From Psammoneis japonica (Eukaryota), in contig QPGO01000042.1 of the NCBI GenBank assembly GCA_008632985.1, forward strand, positions 1-64,000: a stretch of DNA of 64,000 nucleotides. Direction: 5' to 3'. The position numbers and the translations under genes were made by a program. Below the pieces are notes generated by a model. The model had not been told where the DNA came from. It searched no databases and saw nothing but the letters and a program-made list of their open reading frames with translations. Below are positions 1 through 13,540 of this stretch, piece by piece. Numbering within the stretch: the first letter of the stretch is position 1; every line of letters starts with the position of its first letter.

Positions 1-2945
1 TTCTCGCAGACAGGCAGCGTCAAGAACTTGTGGTCATGCATCACCTGAAGCGCCTCAAGAGCTGTAGCCTCTGGTAGCACTGATTCTGGGTGGGGCGTCA
101 TAACTTCCGATACCATCGTTTGCTCAAGCGGCAACCCTTTAGCAACTGCACGAGTCATCATGTCTTTGAAACCGAAGAGTCCGACCAACTGCCCGTCTTC
201 CACAACTAGTGCTGCCTTGCGGCGCTCCGCCATCAGTTCTCCGGTTTCCCTGAGGTCTGTTTCAGGGCTCACGACAGTCGCTGGTTTGTTGGCAAGCAAC
301 GTGCGAAGCGTGGGTGAAGCTTGGCCACCGATAGCCTGTGACAACAAAGGTCCCAACAATGCCTGAAGGGCTGCAGCCTGTGCACCACCTGCACCTTGTA
401 GGCTTGCCATTTGTGCGACGGCATCCTCCGCCACACTGCCTTGTTTCTCACGGGCGCGCTCGAGTCTTGAAATTGCGTCGTTCAAACATTTAGCAATGTC
501 AAGCAGACCTACGATAGCTCCGTTGTCATCTACAACGGGCAAGTGGCGGAAGTGGTTCTCTACCATTGTTGTCATTGCATCCATAGCAGGATCGGTCATG
601 GAGACGCACATCGGATTGGGAGTCATCGCAGCCGATATTAACGTCGACGTCGGATCTAAGTCCTTCGCAACAACACGACGAGTTACGTCTGTGTCGGTAA
701 TGATCCCGGCTAGCCCACCATCAACCCCTACTACCAACGAGGCGTCACCCCGCTTGTTCGCAAGCATTTGCGACACTGATAGGATGCTGTCTCCCGATTT
801 CGAAAGCAATGGCTTCTTCGGTCGGAGCTTCGACACAGGACGTTCGCTAGTGCCCGCGGCGCCAGTAGATTGCGGTTTAGCCCGCGACGAGCGGAAGGAC
901 CCTATGCCGGTGAGAGCACTATGTACGGATCTTGTCTCAGTACCGTCGTCAGCCTCCATGGCACAGCTGAAGACCGATTTCCACCCCTCAGCACCGCCAC
1001 AGCCCAATATTACATCCATGACATCAACCAGTCCGACAACTGAACCGTCTTTCTCGCAGACAGGCAGCGTCAAGAACTTGTGGTCATGCATCACCTGAAG
1101 CGCCTCAAGAGCTGTCGCCTCTGGTAGCACTGATTCTGGGTGGGGCGTCATAACTTCCGATACCATCGTTTGCTCAAGCGGCAACCCTTTAGCAACTGCA
1201 CGAGTCATCATGTCTTTGAAACCGAAGAGTCCGACCAACTGCCCGTCTTCCACAACTAGTGCTGCCTTGCGGCGCTCCGCCATCAGTTCTCCGGTTTCCC
1301 TGAGGTCTGTTTCAGGGCTCACGACAGTCGCTGGTTTGTTGGCAAGCAACGTGCGAAGCGTGGGTGAAGCTTGACCACCAATAGCCTGTGACAACAAAGG
1401 TCCCAACAACGCCTGAAGGGCTGCAGCCTGTGCACCACCTGCACCTTGCAGGCTTGCCATCTGTGCGACGGCATCCTCCGCCACACTGCCTTGTTTCTCA
1501 TGGGCGCGCTCGAGTCTTGAAATTGCGTCGTTCAAACATTTAGCAATGTCAAGCAGACCTACGATGGCTCCGTTGTCATCTACAACGGGCAAGTGGCGGA
1601 AGTGGTTCTCTACCATAGTTGTCATTGCATCCATAGCAGGATCGGTCATGGAGACGCACATCGGATTGGGAGTCATCGCAGCCGATATTAACGTCGACGT
1701 CGGATCTAAGTCCTTCGCAACAACACGACGAGTTACGTCTGTATCGGTAATGATCCCGGCTAGCCCACCATCAACTCCTACTACCAACGAGGCGTCACCC
1801 CGCTTGTTCGCAAGCATTTGCGACACAGATAAGATGCTGTCTTCCGATTTTGAAAGCAATGGCTTCTTCGGTCGGAGCTTCGACACAGGCCGCTCACTAA
1901 TGCCCGCGACGCCAGAAGCTTTCGGTTCAGTCCGCGACGAGCGCAAGGACCCTGTGCCGCTGAGAGCGCTATGTACGGATCTGGTCTCTGTACCGTCGTC
2001 AGCCTCCATGGCGCTATTGAAGACCGATTTCCACCCCTCAGCACCGCCACAGCCCAATATTACGTCCATGACATCAACCAGTCCGACAACTGAACCGTTT
2101 TTCTCGCAAACGGGAAGGGTCAAGAACTTGTGGTCATGCATCGCCTGAAGCGCCTCAAGAGCTGTAGCTTCAGGCAGCACTGATTCTGGGTGGCGCGTCA
2201 TCACATCCGACACCATCGTTTGCTCAAGCGGTAACCCTTTAGCAACGGCACGAGTCATCATGTCTTTGAAACCGAAGAGTCCGACCAACTGCCCGTCTTC
2301 CACAACTAATGCTGCCTTGCGGCGCTCCGCCATCAGTTCTCCGGTTTCCCTGAGGTCTGTTTCGGGGCTCACGACAGTCACCGGTTTGTTGGCAAGCAAC
2401 GTGCGAAGCGTGGGTGAAGCTTGGCCACCGATAGCCTGTGACAGCAAAGGTCCCAACAACGCCTGAAGGGCTGCAGCCTGTGCACCACCTGCGCCTTGTA
2501 CGCTTGCCATTTGTGCGACGGCATCCTCCGCCACACTGCCTTGTTTCTCACGGGCGCGCTCGAGTCTTGAAATTGCATCGTTCAAACATTTAGCAATGTC
2601 AAGCAGACCTACGATAGCTCCGTTGTCATCTACAACGGGCAAGTGGCGGAAGTGGTTCTCTACCATTGTTGTCATTGCATCCATAGCAGGATCGGTCATG
2701 GAGACGCACATCGGATTGGGAGTCATCGCAGCCGATATTAACGTCGACGTCGGATCTAAGTTCTTCGCAACAACGCGACGAGTCACGTCTGTGTCTGTAA
2801 TGATGCCGGCTAGCCCACCATCAACTCCTACTACCAACGAGGCGTCACCCCGCTTGTTCGCAAGCATTTGCGACACGGATAAGATACTATCTCCCGGTTT
2901 TGAAAGTAATGGCTTCTTCGGTCGGAGCTCTGAAACTGGGCGTGA
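1..2945. repeat. 1050-bp coding tandem repeat (~2.8 copies visible), each unit 350 aa with four CBS domains
   Basis: The sequence at 1, 1051 and 2101 is nearly identical and stays in exact register with no indels seen. Confidence 0.97.
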
Positions 2946-5900
2946 GTCAGTATCTTGATGAAGTGTCCTAGATATCTTTCCTTGCTTTTCCGCACCTTCT
3001 TTCGTTGATTTGGCCTCTGTTACAGAGCCCAGCATGGTGGAGTCGTTCCTTCTTCCGTTCTTGGGGGGAGCAAGGCCTTCTGCTGCCAGGATGCTTTGTC
3101 GGATTTTACGAGTCTTTTTTGACGATTTTTGAGCGTTTGCGCCACGTAGGTTCGAAGTGGAGACTCCTTCGTTATGCTCTTGTCTTGGAACGTTTTCTTT
3201 CTCGCGAACGGGTTTCGGTGCCTTGCTTCGTTCGTTTTCAAGCTTGATCTGCAGCTCCGATATCTTTCCGTCGATTGCTTCTGCTTCGCCGAATTTTTTC
3301 GCCGCAAGAGCCTTCTTCATCTCAATTTGTTTTTCTTTCAGTTGAGCCCTTAGCTCTGGAACGGTTGGCAAGGATGGCCGAAGGCTTTCCATGTCATCGA
3401 CAGCACCTTGGAGAGACTCAGCGAGTTTGAAATCCTTCGAGTTTACAGCTTTTGTCACGAGCGCTTTCATTGCATTGATCTCTTGTTCAAGTTCGATGCG
3501 CGACTCGAAACGTTTAACAGTACCATCTTGAAATTTTACAACCGGCGGTTCAGCAATAACAGGAGACATACTAGTCCTATCAAAAGCTTCCTCTTCCTTG
3601 GCTAGCTTGTTCTCGATGACTTTGATTTCGTCACTCAACTTGCCAGCCTTCTCGAAGTCCTTTGTAGCAATGGCGCTTTCTAGAATTGTATTCTTTTCGG
3701 TAAGCAGACCTTGAAGTTCCTGCGCTGTGGGAAACAAACCTCGAAGAGATTCTTTCTCTTCCAAATGCTGCTGCAGCGATTTCGCGGTGTCAAAATCCTT
3801 GGAATCTACCGCGTCCTGCAGTTTCTTCTTGAGAGTTGCGATATCGTTTTCCAGGTCAGAACGAGTCGCGTATGAAACGCCGACATCAGCTGACGATTCA
3901 TCGATTTTCCCTTCACTGTTGCATCCTTCTGCATCCATTGCTACTCTGAGTCTTTCTTTTGCGATGTCGATGCGCTCTTGTCCAGCAGCTGCAGACGCAA
4001 AATCTCGCTTGCTAGCGGCTAGAGCGACAGATTCTTCAGCCTCGCACAATTCAGCCTTTAGTTCCTCAATAGTAGGTAGATCAGATCTCTTCTTCTTCAA
4101 ATCTTCAAGCTTATCTTGAAGTGGACCACAATCCTTGTAAGCTTTGAGAGCCAAAGCGTCGTTGAGTTCTTTTTCAACAGCCTTAATTCTGGTTTCAAGT
4201 ACTGCTCGAGTCAGTGGCCTTTTCAATTCAATAGCGTCTCTCAGAGAAGCCCTGATCAAGGATTCAAAAGTTTACAACAAGGTTAGAACAGAGATAGCAG
4301 AAATGTTGCTACACCATAAGGTCATGATCAAAACTTACAGTCGAAGCTCAATTTCAGATGCAACCTTAAAGTCGTTTCGTTCAACGCATTTCTCTAGCTG
4401 GAACTCCTCCGCAACGAGCAATTTCTGCAATTCGTTGAAACTCATGTCTTCGTATGGGTCCTTTAGCTTCTTTGTAAGGGCAGCTGCAAGTTTTCTCCGT
4501 TGGAAAGACTGCAACTTTAGAACCAACCACTGCGCTAAAGCATACTGCCTTAGCTGTAGGCGCTTTCTGTAGCTGGCCGCGATCACCGTGGCGGCGTTGT
4601 CCAATCGATTCTTTTTGATCATGTGAAGCCTGAAACGAATCCAGCATATGACTAGAGCATTGGCCCGTCGCTCCGCAACGAAGCGTCCAAATCTTCCTAA
4701 TCTTCGCGCGGCGACGTGTACCTTCAGCCGAGCTAGCCTTTCCAGCTTGTCCGCAAGCTCACGCCTTAGAAATATCTTTGAGTGTCCAATTTGCCAGTCA
4801 TGGTCGGTGACTGTTAGGCGCTTGGAGAGCACCTTCACGAGCTGTGAAATTCCCGCACCCTCGCCGAAGTCTTCCGGGTTTAGCAGCATGCTGAATCGAC
4901 TGTAGAAGCTCTTGTGCTCCTCTCTCAATGCGTAGCCCTCGCGGCGGATGCGAATAGTTTCCATCATACCTGCATACCTCAATTGCCTGAGAACCTCCCC
5001 AGAATCGAAAAAGTTTGCTTCCTTATTGAGATTTGGCTTGATACACCTGATGTAGTGAGGCTGAGTACGCTCTAGATCGGCAATGAGTCTCTGCAGGGAA
5101 TATCGGAATTGAGAACCGACACTCACGCCGCGGATTGCGGAACGTCGCCCGCCTTCGGGATAAGAAGAATTTTCTTCACACGAAGTTGATTTGAAAATAC
5201 CCTTTGTCAGTGGATTTGAAGATTGGACTCCCAGATCCTTTAACTCGTTGCTCAACGTTTCCATATTTTTCTCGACGAACCCGTCGGCTGTATACTTCAC
5301 CTATGAACAGCGAATCAAGAAAGAGCAATAAGAAGAAGACTGTGATACAGTATCTGCTACATTGCAAGTTGAAACTTACTTCTCCAGCATAATGGATTAC
5401 AACAAACTGTCGATCTGAGCCGAATTTCGGCATCACGAAATTCTGGTGCCTACCACTGTTTAGATCCACCGCTTTCTTGGCCTTAACCGTACTGTTAGGT
5501 ACTCCGCCGAATAGACTGTGCAAATGGCTTACAAAATTCACATCTTTCTCTGATGCTGAGCCCATGCCACCCCATGCGTCGTCAAGGGTGTTCAGGATAC
5601 CAATGGTTCCTCCACCTCCTTCAATGAGCTCGAGACATGGGCGATTATCATTAAATGTGATGTATGTCCAATCCACACCTTCTGATGTGTATAGGTCCTG
5701 CTCTACCTCAAACAGATGTCGGTTAAAATGCCGCTGCAGTTTCTCATTGCAGTAGTTGATTAGAAAAGTCTCATATGTATTGACTTCGAAACACTCAAAA
5801 CCGTAGATATCAAGAACTCCGATGAAACCATCACTATCGCCGTCGCTCTTTGATTTCTTGATTTCATATGGGCTCGCATCAGAGCCGACCGAATTCGAAT

Positions 5901-7742
5901 CGTCATCCAAGCCATGCGATGAGGATGAAATGGTTTTGTTCACGCGATGCACAAGCCACACAAACAAGCTCGAGTACGCAAGCTTGGCAAGCGCGTCTCT
6001 TTTATCCGATGCCTGCGCAACACTTTGCGGCTTGTGAATCGTCTTCCCTCCGATAAAAAGTAGCTTGGTAAGAATAGCCTCTGACACAGCATCCTGAGAG
6101 ATTCCTAGTAGTTCACAGGCCTTGGCAAGACTGGGAAGGCTCTCCTCGCATATGCGCGCAGAACTTTCGTCGTGTTCGTGACCAGGATCATCTTCAGCTG
6201 AATTCTCACCTTTCTCTTCAAATTCGACATTCCCTAGATGCAATACTGCTGCTAAAACTCGAAAAATGGTTGACTGCTCTTTGAGGGTGAGCCCAATTCC
6301 ATTTAGGCACTCTTTGGTCTCGGCGAAGCCGGTGATATCTCTGCGACTCTTTTGTGCGTCACGGTTTCCCAGATACTTAAACTGCGACACCCCCCCTTCC
6401 AATCCTAGTTCCTCCAGCATTTCTTGACCAGCGCCTGAAAGGAGCTGGTAAAAGATGTGATAGTTCCTTTCACCTTCCACCTGGGTCGTGATCCTCGTTT
6501 TTTCCAACAAGTAGTTTGATATCGTAGCACCGGAAATATGGCCAGTGTCAGTGCTGAACGAGATTCGAATGAATTTGCCGAAACGAGAAGAGTTATCGTT
6601 TCGTAAAGTACGGGCATTTCCAAAGCTCTCTAAAAGTGGATTCGAGGAAAGAACTCGATCTTCGAGGGCAGCCATTAACTTTCCGTCGGGACTCTTGATG
6701 GGGCTCAAAACCTTGCTCTTTTTCGTAATTCGTGAGAGATACTGCATGATGATCTTGGTCGCCTCGGTTTTTCCAGCTCCACTTTCTCCACTGATAATGA
6801 TGCTCTGGCTGCGCACCTGACCCTTTCGTGCGGTGTTCTCCATAGTGAGAAGAGCATCTTCTTCTTCCATGTGAATCATATCTGGAACGGCAGATTCAAT
6901 TAATGCAGAATACGCGCGATCAGCAACTTCAAAGAGATGCGGCGGAGGCGCATCATAATCTCTCTCTGTTCCTGAACCCTTCCCTAGCTCTCTGCTGCGA
7001 TAGAGAGCCATCTTCTTGTCTGAATAGATTGATTCTCCTTTGCCGCATGAAATTTGTTTGTAAGGATTAATACTCATAAGGATGGGACCGGCGCTTGTGT
7101 AAATATCATCTCGCTTGTATCGAATACGAAGGGTATGAAGCAAGCTTGCCTCAGTGACGTGGGCAAGATGAAGGACGTCGTCCATCCCGATGTAGTCGTC
7201 GGGAGCAGTGAGGGGGATTAGCTTCGAGCTGTCAACGATCTTGTGTAAAGTTCCGTCCGAAGTCTTAACCAACGTCGGTGCTGCGGAAGGAATTCCACTT
7301 TCACCGTCAGCTTGAGTCCCGTCCAAAGTCTTGATTATGCTACAGGGCATGAATAGATGTTTCGATGAGTACAACAAAGGGTCGGCCATAGCTTCAGCTG
7401 TCATGGCGAACGCAAGGTCCTTCCTTATCGGAGTTGCAGAAGCATCTCGCCATGGTTTGAAAGGCGTGTCCGCAGAAGTCTCCTGCAGAACAAGCGACGG
7501 ATCAAAGAAGTATTCCACCTTCGCTTTGCCTGTCACCTGAACGAAACAACGCCAAATGCGAAAAAATACCGTTTCAGTGAGCGATGGCAACGCCAGGTAC
7601 ACGAACGCGTAGACTTCTACAGAATTTTTTAAAAAAAGGAACGTACCAAGTCGACAGCTTTGGCTTTTCCTCCCGTCATCGCATTCCGAGATACTTTCTC
7701 TTTGCCATTGGCCCTCGCTGGAGTCTTGTAAGGTGTCTCCAT
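1..7742 (-). CDS. Class-29-like myosin: motor domain, IQ/neck, UVR-like helical repeats, tandem CBS cassettes. 3' end runs off the window.
   Basis: Motor motifs are GESGAGKTE (P-loop), NDNSSRFGKF, DIYGFE and PHYIRCIKPN. ATG at 7742; GT-AG introns at 7537-7646, 5301-5379 and 4252-4338 join the frames. The last exon reads from 4251 towards 1 and encodes CBS pairs (GIITDTDVTRRVVA, HFRHLPVVD, HKFLTLPVCE). Confidence 0.92.
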
Positions 7743-8151
7743 GGCAAAACTCTTTTTGTGTAGGCCCTACTGTACAGTAGCCGGTCACTCGGTGAGAGGT
7801 CAGAGGTCAGCAGAACCAACAACAACACACGGGCGTTGGCACTGCTTTTCCGTTGCGATCATTTTTGTGATGTTTTTGAACAACAACAGGCAACGGGGAC
7901 GCACAATTTATCCAACCGTGTATGTATAAAATAACATCAAATAGAAGCTAATGACGTCACTATGACGCATACGTACTCAGGTTGCTTTGTCCGCTCGTCC
8001 GTGCGTCGTCTGACGAATTGGATTGGATTCGATTGCTGACACCTCTTCGCACCTTGCACCGCTGGGACCACACAGCTTGGATGATGGTGACACTCACACA
8101 GCCTGGGATCAACTTGAAACTGCCTTTGGTTGTCACGGGGTGACTAAGAAA

Positions 8152-9016
8152 ATGGGAAACAAGAATAGCTCCGTCGAACCTGGCAGTGTTACGCCTTCTG
8201 CTGCATTCGGGCGTTTACGAATCGATTCGCCTCACCGGTCCCCTGGGCATGGACGGCAACATCGGCAACATCGTGAGGCCCAAAATGATGCAGGGCGATT
8301 CACACGGAGGATGAGATCGGGAAGCTTGTCTGATTTAAGAGTCGGAGAAAGAAAGCCTTTACTTGCTCAACAGACGCCTATCACTGCCGGAGGTGCAATC
8401 CAAATTGAACAGCGGCAGTTGTCTGCGCTTCCATCTGGAGAGTCGATGGCCTCCATAGTAGCTCCTCCTTTGATAGTTTGGATAGGTCCAGCACTTCTCT
8501 GCGCACTTGCTTATGCGCTTTACAATATCTTCATCAAGAAGGGGTCTGCCTCAATTCATCCGATTCTAGGTATGATTCCGCCGAATTTGAGGAGTCACCC
8601 CGCCCATTCAGTTTCTCGAATTCTAACCCGTGCGTAATTTGTGTGCAGGAGGCGTAATTTTACAGTTTGTGGCTGCTATTCTTGGGTCAGTTTTGCTAAT
8701 CTTTATCATTGTTGATCAACACACGAACCAGAAGGACGACGATAACCTGTACTATGATAGTGATGGGATCAAGTGGGCGATCTGCGCCGGTGTAAGCGTT
8801 GGTGCCGCAGAAATCATGAGCTTCTTTGTGAGTTCTCTCGGCGTACAAGCAATGCAAAGTATTCCAGTTATCATTGGAGGCAGTGTCATGTTTGGAACGG
8901 TGCTTGGCTTTATTATCTTGAAAGAAACCTTGTCTCTCAGTGGTTGGCTCGGCGTCTTGATGATATCGGTTGGGATTAGTCTCGTTGGTCTCGATCCTGC
9001 GGCAACAGAGGGCTAG
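8152..9016 (+). CDS. DMT/EamA-superfamily membrane transporter
   Basis: ATG at 8152, intron 8570-8648. A hydrophilic N-terminus precedes about five TM helices ending in the DMT-type signature LGFIILKETLSLSGWLGVLMISVGISLV. Confidence 0.75.
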
Positions 9017-9941
9017 TTGCTGCGAGTACTGTAAGTTTACTCGTCTCTCTCCACATATCACAAACCAGCTAGAGTTGCTACTCAGGCACGCAATCATAAA
9101 CCCCTGGCGCATTCAATTCATATCCAAATGGGCTCGGTTTTTGTATACTTTACGTGTAGAACTAATCTAGAGTATCCATGAGAGTTAGACACAATTTGAA
9201 TTTGAAAATTCCGTAGAATCAGTGAAGTCAGAGGCTAGGACTATGGTACTCTTTCTACCCTCAGACTAAAAGAGCCTTTAAATCGCTTGCGAATCCTTGT
9301 TCAAACTGGTATGAAGAAACAGAACGCACCCTTCAAATTGAATGAGCGAGTATGGTACACGGTATGGCAGGTACCTGAATGAACTGCTAGAGTTTTGTTT
9401 TCCATGTGTTGGGGAGTGACGAAAGGTAAGAAGATTAGTAACTTGAAACTTGAAACCATCCACCACGCACTCCATCCAGCTCTAGAGTGGAGTAGGTGTC
9501 TGTCTGTTACCATACCGGTAGCCTACCACCCACATACAGCATCGGAGGTCTGTCGGTTGCCAGTTGCCAGTGAAACGACTTCCCTGTCGTGCGTTGCATT
9601 TTCAATTTTCGATATGTTTCTTCCCTCTTTTGATGACACCTTGGTATCATCACGATTAATGTTATTACAGCATTGAAGACTTGTCCAATTTATGGTTCTT
9701 TCTTCAATTTTGATATTGGCTAATCAGTATCGTCACAACTTATTCAAGTTCCGCATGCGTTCAAGGAACTTTGAGGTGATCTATTGCCTCAAATGATTTC
9801 GAAATTCGTGAGAAGGGAAATCGCAAATCCATCACAAAAATCTCTGACGCGAGTTGAGACAACATCGAGGTCATACAGTATTTGTGTTCTTGTTGAAGCG
9901 ATTGTATCAGAACTCGTTTTCATCATTGATTCGTAAGCACG

Positions 9942-12480
9942 ATGTCTCGCTCGGGCGGACTTTTCTGTGCTACTGTTGCCATGGTGGCGACTCTTGCTGC
10001 AGCTGATTGCCTTGCGAACTCTACCATGAACAAGTTTTTCGAGGATGCGAATGGTGGGGTGTCGATCCCACAGGAGGACTCTTGTTGCATGCAGGATGTA
10101 TGTAATCTCCCGTGTCCTGAAGTGGTGGGTGACCCTGGAGTTGGATACGCAATATCTGTTGGTCTGTGCATTGCAGTTTCTTTTCTCGTTGGAATTGCCA
10201 CGTATTTCGTCGTCAATGGCGAGGCTGAGAACTATTTCGTCGCTGGCCACTCTCTCCCGCTTTGGATTGTTGCCATGACGTTGGGTGCTCAGTCGGTTGA
10301 CTCGAATGCCCTTCTCGGGAATGTCGATCTGTCATACAAGTTTCACTTCTACGACGGTGCTGTCATCCCCATCGGCCTAGCGTTATCGTTGTTCCTCAAC
10401 GCAGCGTTCCTTGCAAGGTACATCAACAAGGAGACCGCTCTTACTCTTCCTGATGTGCTAGCACGTCGCTATGGAAAGGTTGTCGAGGTCCTCATTTCCA
10501 TCACTACGATTACTTCGTTTCTAATGTTGCTTGCAGGCAATTTGGTCGGTATGGGTGTCATCACTTCCTACGTGTGGGGCATAGAGGAAACTGCTGCTGT
10601 GTGGACCGCAGCTGCCATTGTCTGGGCCTACACTGTCAGTGGTGGACTTTTCTCCGTGGCGTATACGGACGTTCTTCAAGGGTTTATAGGATGGACGGGT
10701 TGCATCGTCTGCGCCTACTGGTTCATTGCAAATGCCGAGGAACCGGCGCCGCCGCCTTCCGTCGGCTTTCCTGATTACATCTATCCTGATGAGGAAATTT
10801 GCAGTCTCTACGATGGTGACGATTGTACCTATAAATCAGAAGAGTGCTGCTTCAACGTGTCAAAGTGGTGCTTCAACGACGACCCTGATAATTGTACCAA
10901 CACAGATGTGAGTGCAGCTCCTGTCCTTATCTGTTGCTTTGTATCTTCATTTCGCTTGGATGGATCCTCACACGAGTCTCCTTCTCTATTAACACCACAA
11001 AGAATGGAGCATATCCTATCGGCGACCAGCGCGTCTTCAGCGATCAAATGGGGAACCCCACCTCGTTGACTCCTTTCCCTAACGCCATTTTCTGGAACTG
11101 GTGCACCATCTTTATCTTGGGTTTTGGGAACCGTGAGTGCACATTGTTAATGTACCTTCTTTCGATCCCTGTTTTTCAAGGCAAGGATACGCACTTACCG
11201 TATTTCTTTCATTTTTCATAATTCTTGTCATTTCAGTTGGAGCTCTTGACTTCCAGGTCAGATGCATGGCAGCCAAGACTCCCTCCACAGCAACAATTGG
11301 ATGCGTCATGGCTGGCTGTTTCACTTTGTTTATCGGTATCCCGTTCTCCTATCTAGGGGCTATTACACGGTGAGTTGTGCTACGCAGACGAGAGAAACAT
11401 TGTTTTTGCAACAATAACGCAGTTTGCGTCTATTTGAGGCTGACACATATTCTGATCGTGGTTTCGTCCTATCACAGATACTATTATGGGCCCGACTCTG
11501 TCCGGGCTTTCTTTGAAACGGACACGTGCTCGGAGATCTTGGGCCTCCCAACTTGTGCCAAGTGGGTGCCCGACGAGAATGCCTTTGTCAAGCTCTTGAC
11601 GAACGAGGCTCCTGCTGTAATTGGAGCCTGGTGCTTGATCGGTATTGTTGCAGCCTCGCTGTCGACGGCGGACGGAGCTATTCTTGCCATGGGAACTGTG
11701 TTCTCTCACAACCTCATGAGACAGTTTGACGTCAAGTGGCCTGACCTCATCACGCCGGACAATCTGCTCTTGATGGCTCGTCTCTCCACGATCCCATTCA
11801 CGTTTGCTTCGACCATGATTGCTGCCTACTACAGGGATTCTGATTCTGCCGCTGGTGCGACAGGATATCTTCTCATTGTCGCATTCGACATTGTCCTTGC
11901 AACCGTTGTTGCGCCCCTGTTTGGGTGCTTCTATGCGAAGAATCCGAGTCCACGAGCGGCGTTGTGTTCCGTGCTTGTAGGTGCGATCACCCGCCTTGTT
12001 ATGGAATTCGCTCTGCCCAAGGACGGGCAGCTTTTGCTCCCTTTCAACGAACCCGAGTTTTATGATTACGGCCCAGCTGCCAGCGTGAACCTCCCTACCT
12101 TCGTCGATGGCGAGAATGGCACCGTTTGGAATCCGGATGAAGAGCCTTGCGACCAGAAACAGTTTGAGGATTACACGGGCGCCGATTCTCTTGCTGCCTT
12201 TGTTGGCTCGGTTCTCACGTTCGTCCTCATTCAAACGTGGGAGAACTGTCATGGAGGAAATGCCTTGTTCACTCTCCCCGGAATGGTGCCGTATGAGAAG
12301 GATGTTGGACAAGAAGATTTCCCTAAAGAGGAGGAGTCGGACGAAGTCACGAAAGAGAAGATGGTGGAAGGTGTCGAAGTTGAAGAGGAGCGTGACTCTA
12401 CTAGCGACGATCCACACGAACAGAGTCCAGATGAAGAGGGCTCTGGCGGAGCAGAACCGGTGAAAGAGGATGACGCCTAA
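9942..12480 (+). CDS. Sodium:solute symporter (SSS/SLC5 family, choline-transporter-like); substrate unknown
   Basis: SSS motifs are NYFVAGHSLPLW, YTVSGGLFSVAYTDVLQ and IVAASLSTADGAILA. Introns 10908-11002, 11133-11236 and 11370-11477 restore the frame. The start codon is uncertain. Confidence 0.88.
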
Positions 12481-12856
12481 GTTTGTATTTATTGTGCAAG
12501 AAGGATAGCTGAGGCAGAACGTTTGTAAGGTACATGTATTCATGTGTTGGGCGAAGAATGTTTAAGGGCCCACCATGTGATAGTTGTTGTTAAATTGTTA
12601 CGTAGCTTGTGTTCTAGTTGTGCTAAGTCCTTATTTTTACATGATCGTTGCGATCTGTTCAACTATTCTGCATTCACTTCACGAGGGCTCGCTTGGTTTT
12701 GGAAGAGCCTGAGCAGACAGACTCATTATGATGTCGAAATATGTACAATGCTACCAATAAACCGAGCCCCACACTCATTTGCTGAAATATCATAAGCCTA
12801 TCCACGACCTTAAGTCGTAGCGCCTACAGCCAAACAGCTTGACTCACTCGAAGAGA

Positions 12857-13540
12857 TCATCGTTGAGAAAGTCGCTTCGATGTGTGAATCGTTCGAGATA
12901 GAGAAGACATTGGAGATTTCCGACCAAAGAGCTGTTGGGCAACAACTTGAGCTGGTCCAGAGTAGGGCTTAGCGCCCGCCTTGACGGTCAAGTCTCGAAT
13001 CACACTAACCGCCGCAGGAGGAGCAAGGACAGAAGCAAAGAGACCTGTTCCTAGAAGGACTCCGATCGCAATGGAATGGCTCAGAACTCCCGATCTTGTA
13101 GCGTGCCCGGGATCGGTCGCGTTCACCGCCTCTGGTGAGGTCGATTCATGTCGCTCCTCTGCATTCAGCTGAACCGTCGTAGTACTGGTATGAAGCTTCT
13201 CGTACACCACGTCCCAGCCCAGCCATGTCCCTCGCCACACGAGAACACAGGAGAAAGCAATCGAATACAGAGCACCAAAGCGGAGCAATGATATAGGCAC
13301 CGCCCGTGGATGCCGCGCTACTTGTTTGCCGAAAGATTCAATGCGGGCTACGAGTCCCTGAGACGCAGCCATGCCAAAAGTACCGAGTCCGAGCGAAGCT
13401 AGTGCGGACTGCGCCGGAGATTCAGGAAACAGGTGATCGTCCAAGACATACCATGCACCTCGCCAAAAACTGGCTGCGCCCATGCCAACTGCGACATGAG
13501 TCAACACAGTCTTTAGTGCCTGAGGACGAAAGGGAGCCAT
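12857..13540 (-). CDS. Small membrane protein with two WRGxW motifs (Fuseless-like)
   Basis: The ORF has hydrophobic segments and repeated SFWRGAWYVLD / LVWRGTWLGWD motifs. It is divergent from the ureohydrolase gene. The start is inferred at MAPFRPQ. Confidence 0.6.
   Translation of the reverse strand: MAPFRPQALKTVLTHVAVGMGAASFWRGAWYVLDDHLFPESPAQSALASLGLGTFGMAASQGLVARIESFGKQVARHPRAVPISLLRFGALYSIAFSCVLVWRGTWLGWDVVYEKLHTSTTTVQLNAEERHESTSPEAVNATDPGHATRSGVLSHSIAIGVLLGTGLFASVLAPPAAVSVIRDLTVKAGAKPYSGPAQVVAQQLFGRKSPMSSLSRTIHTSKRLSQR

Noticed and set aside
160..4572. Plus-strand ORFs (e.g. 496-1098, 1546-2148)
   Set aside because: They are antisense shadows of the myosin tail exon.
9942..12480. 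Calling the SSS protein the DUR3 urea transporter
   Set aside because: Only generic SSS motifs were recognised, so the substrate cannot be assigned.
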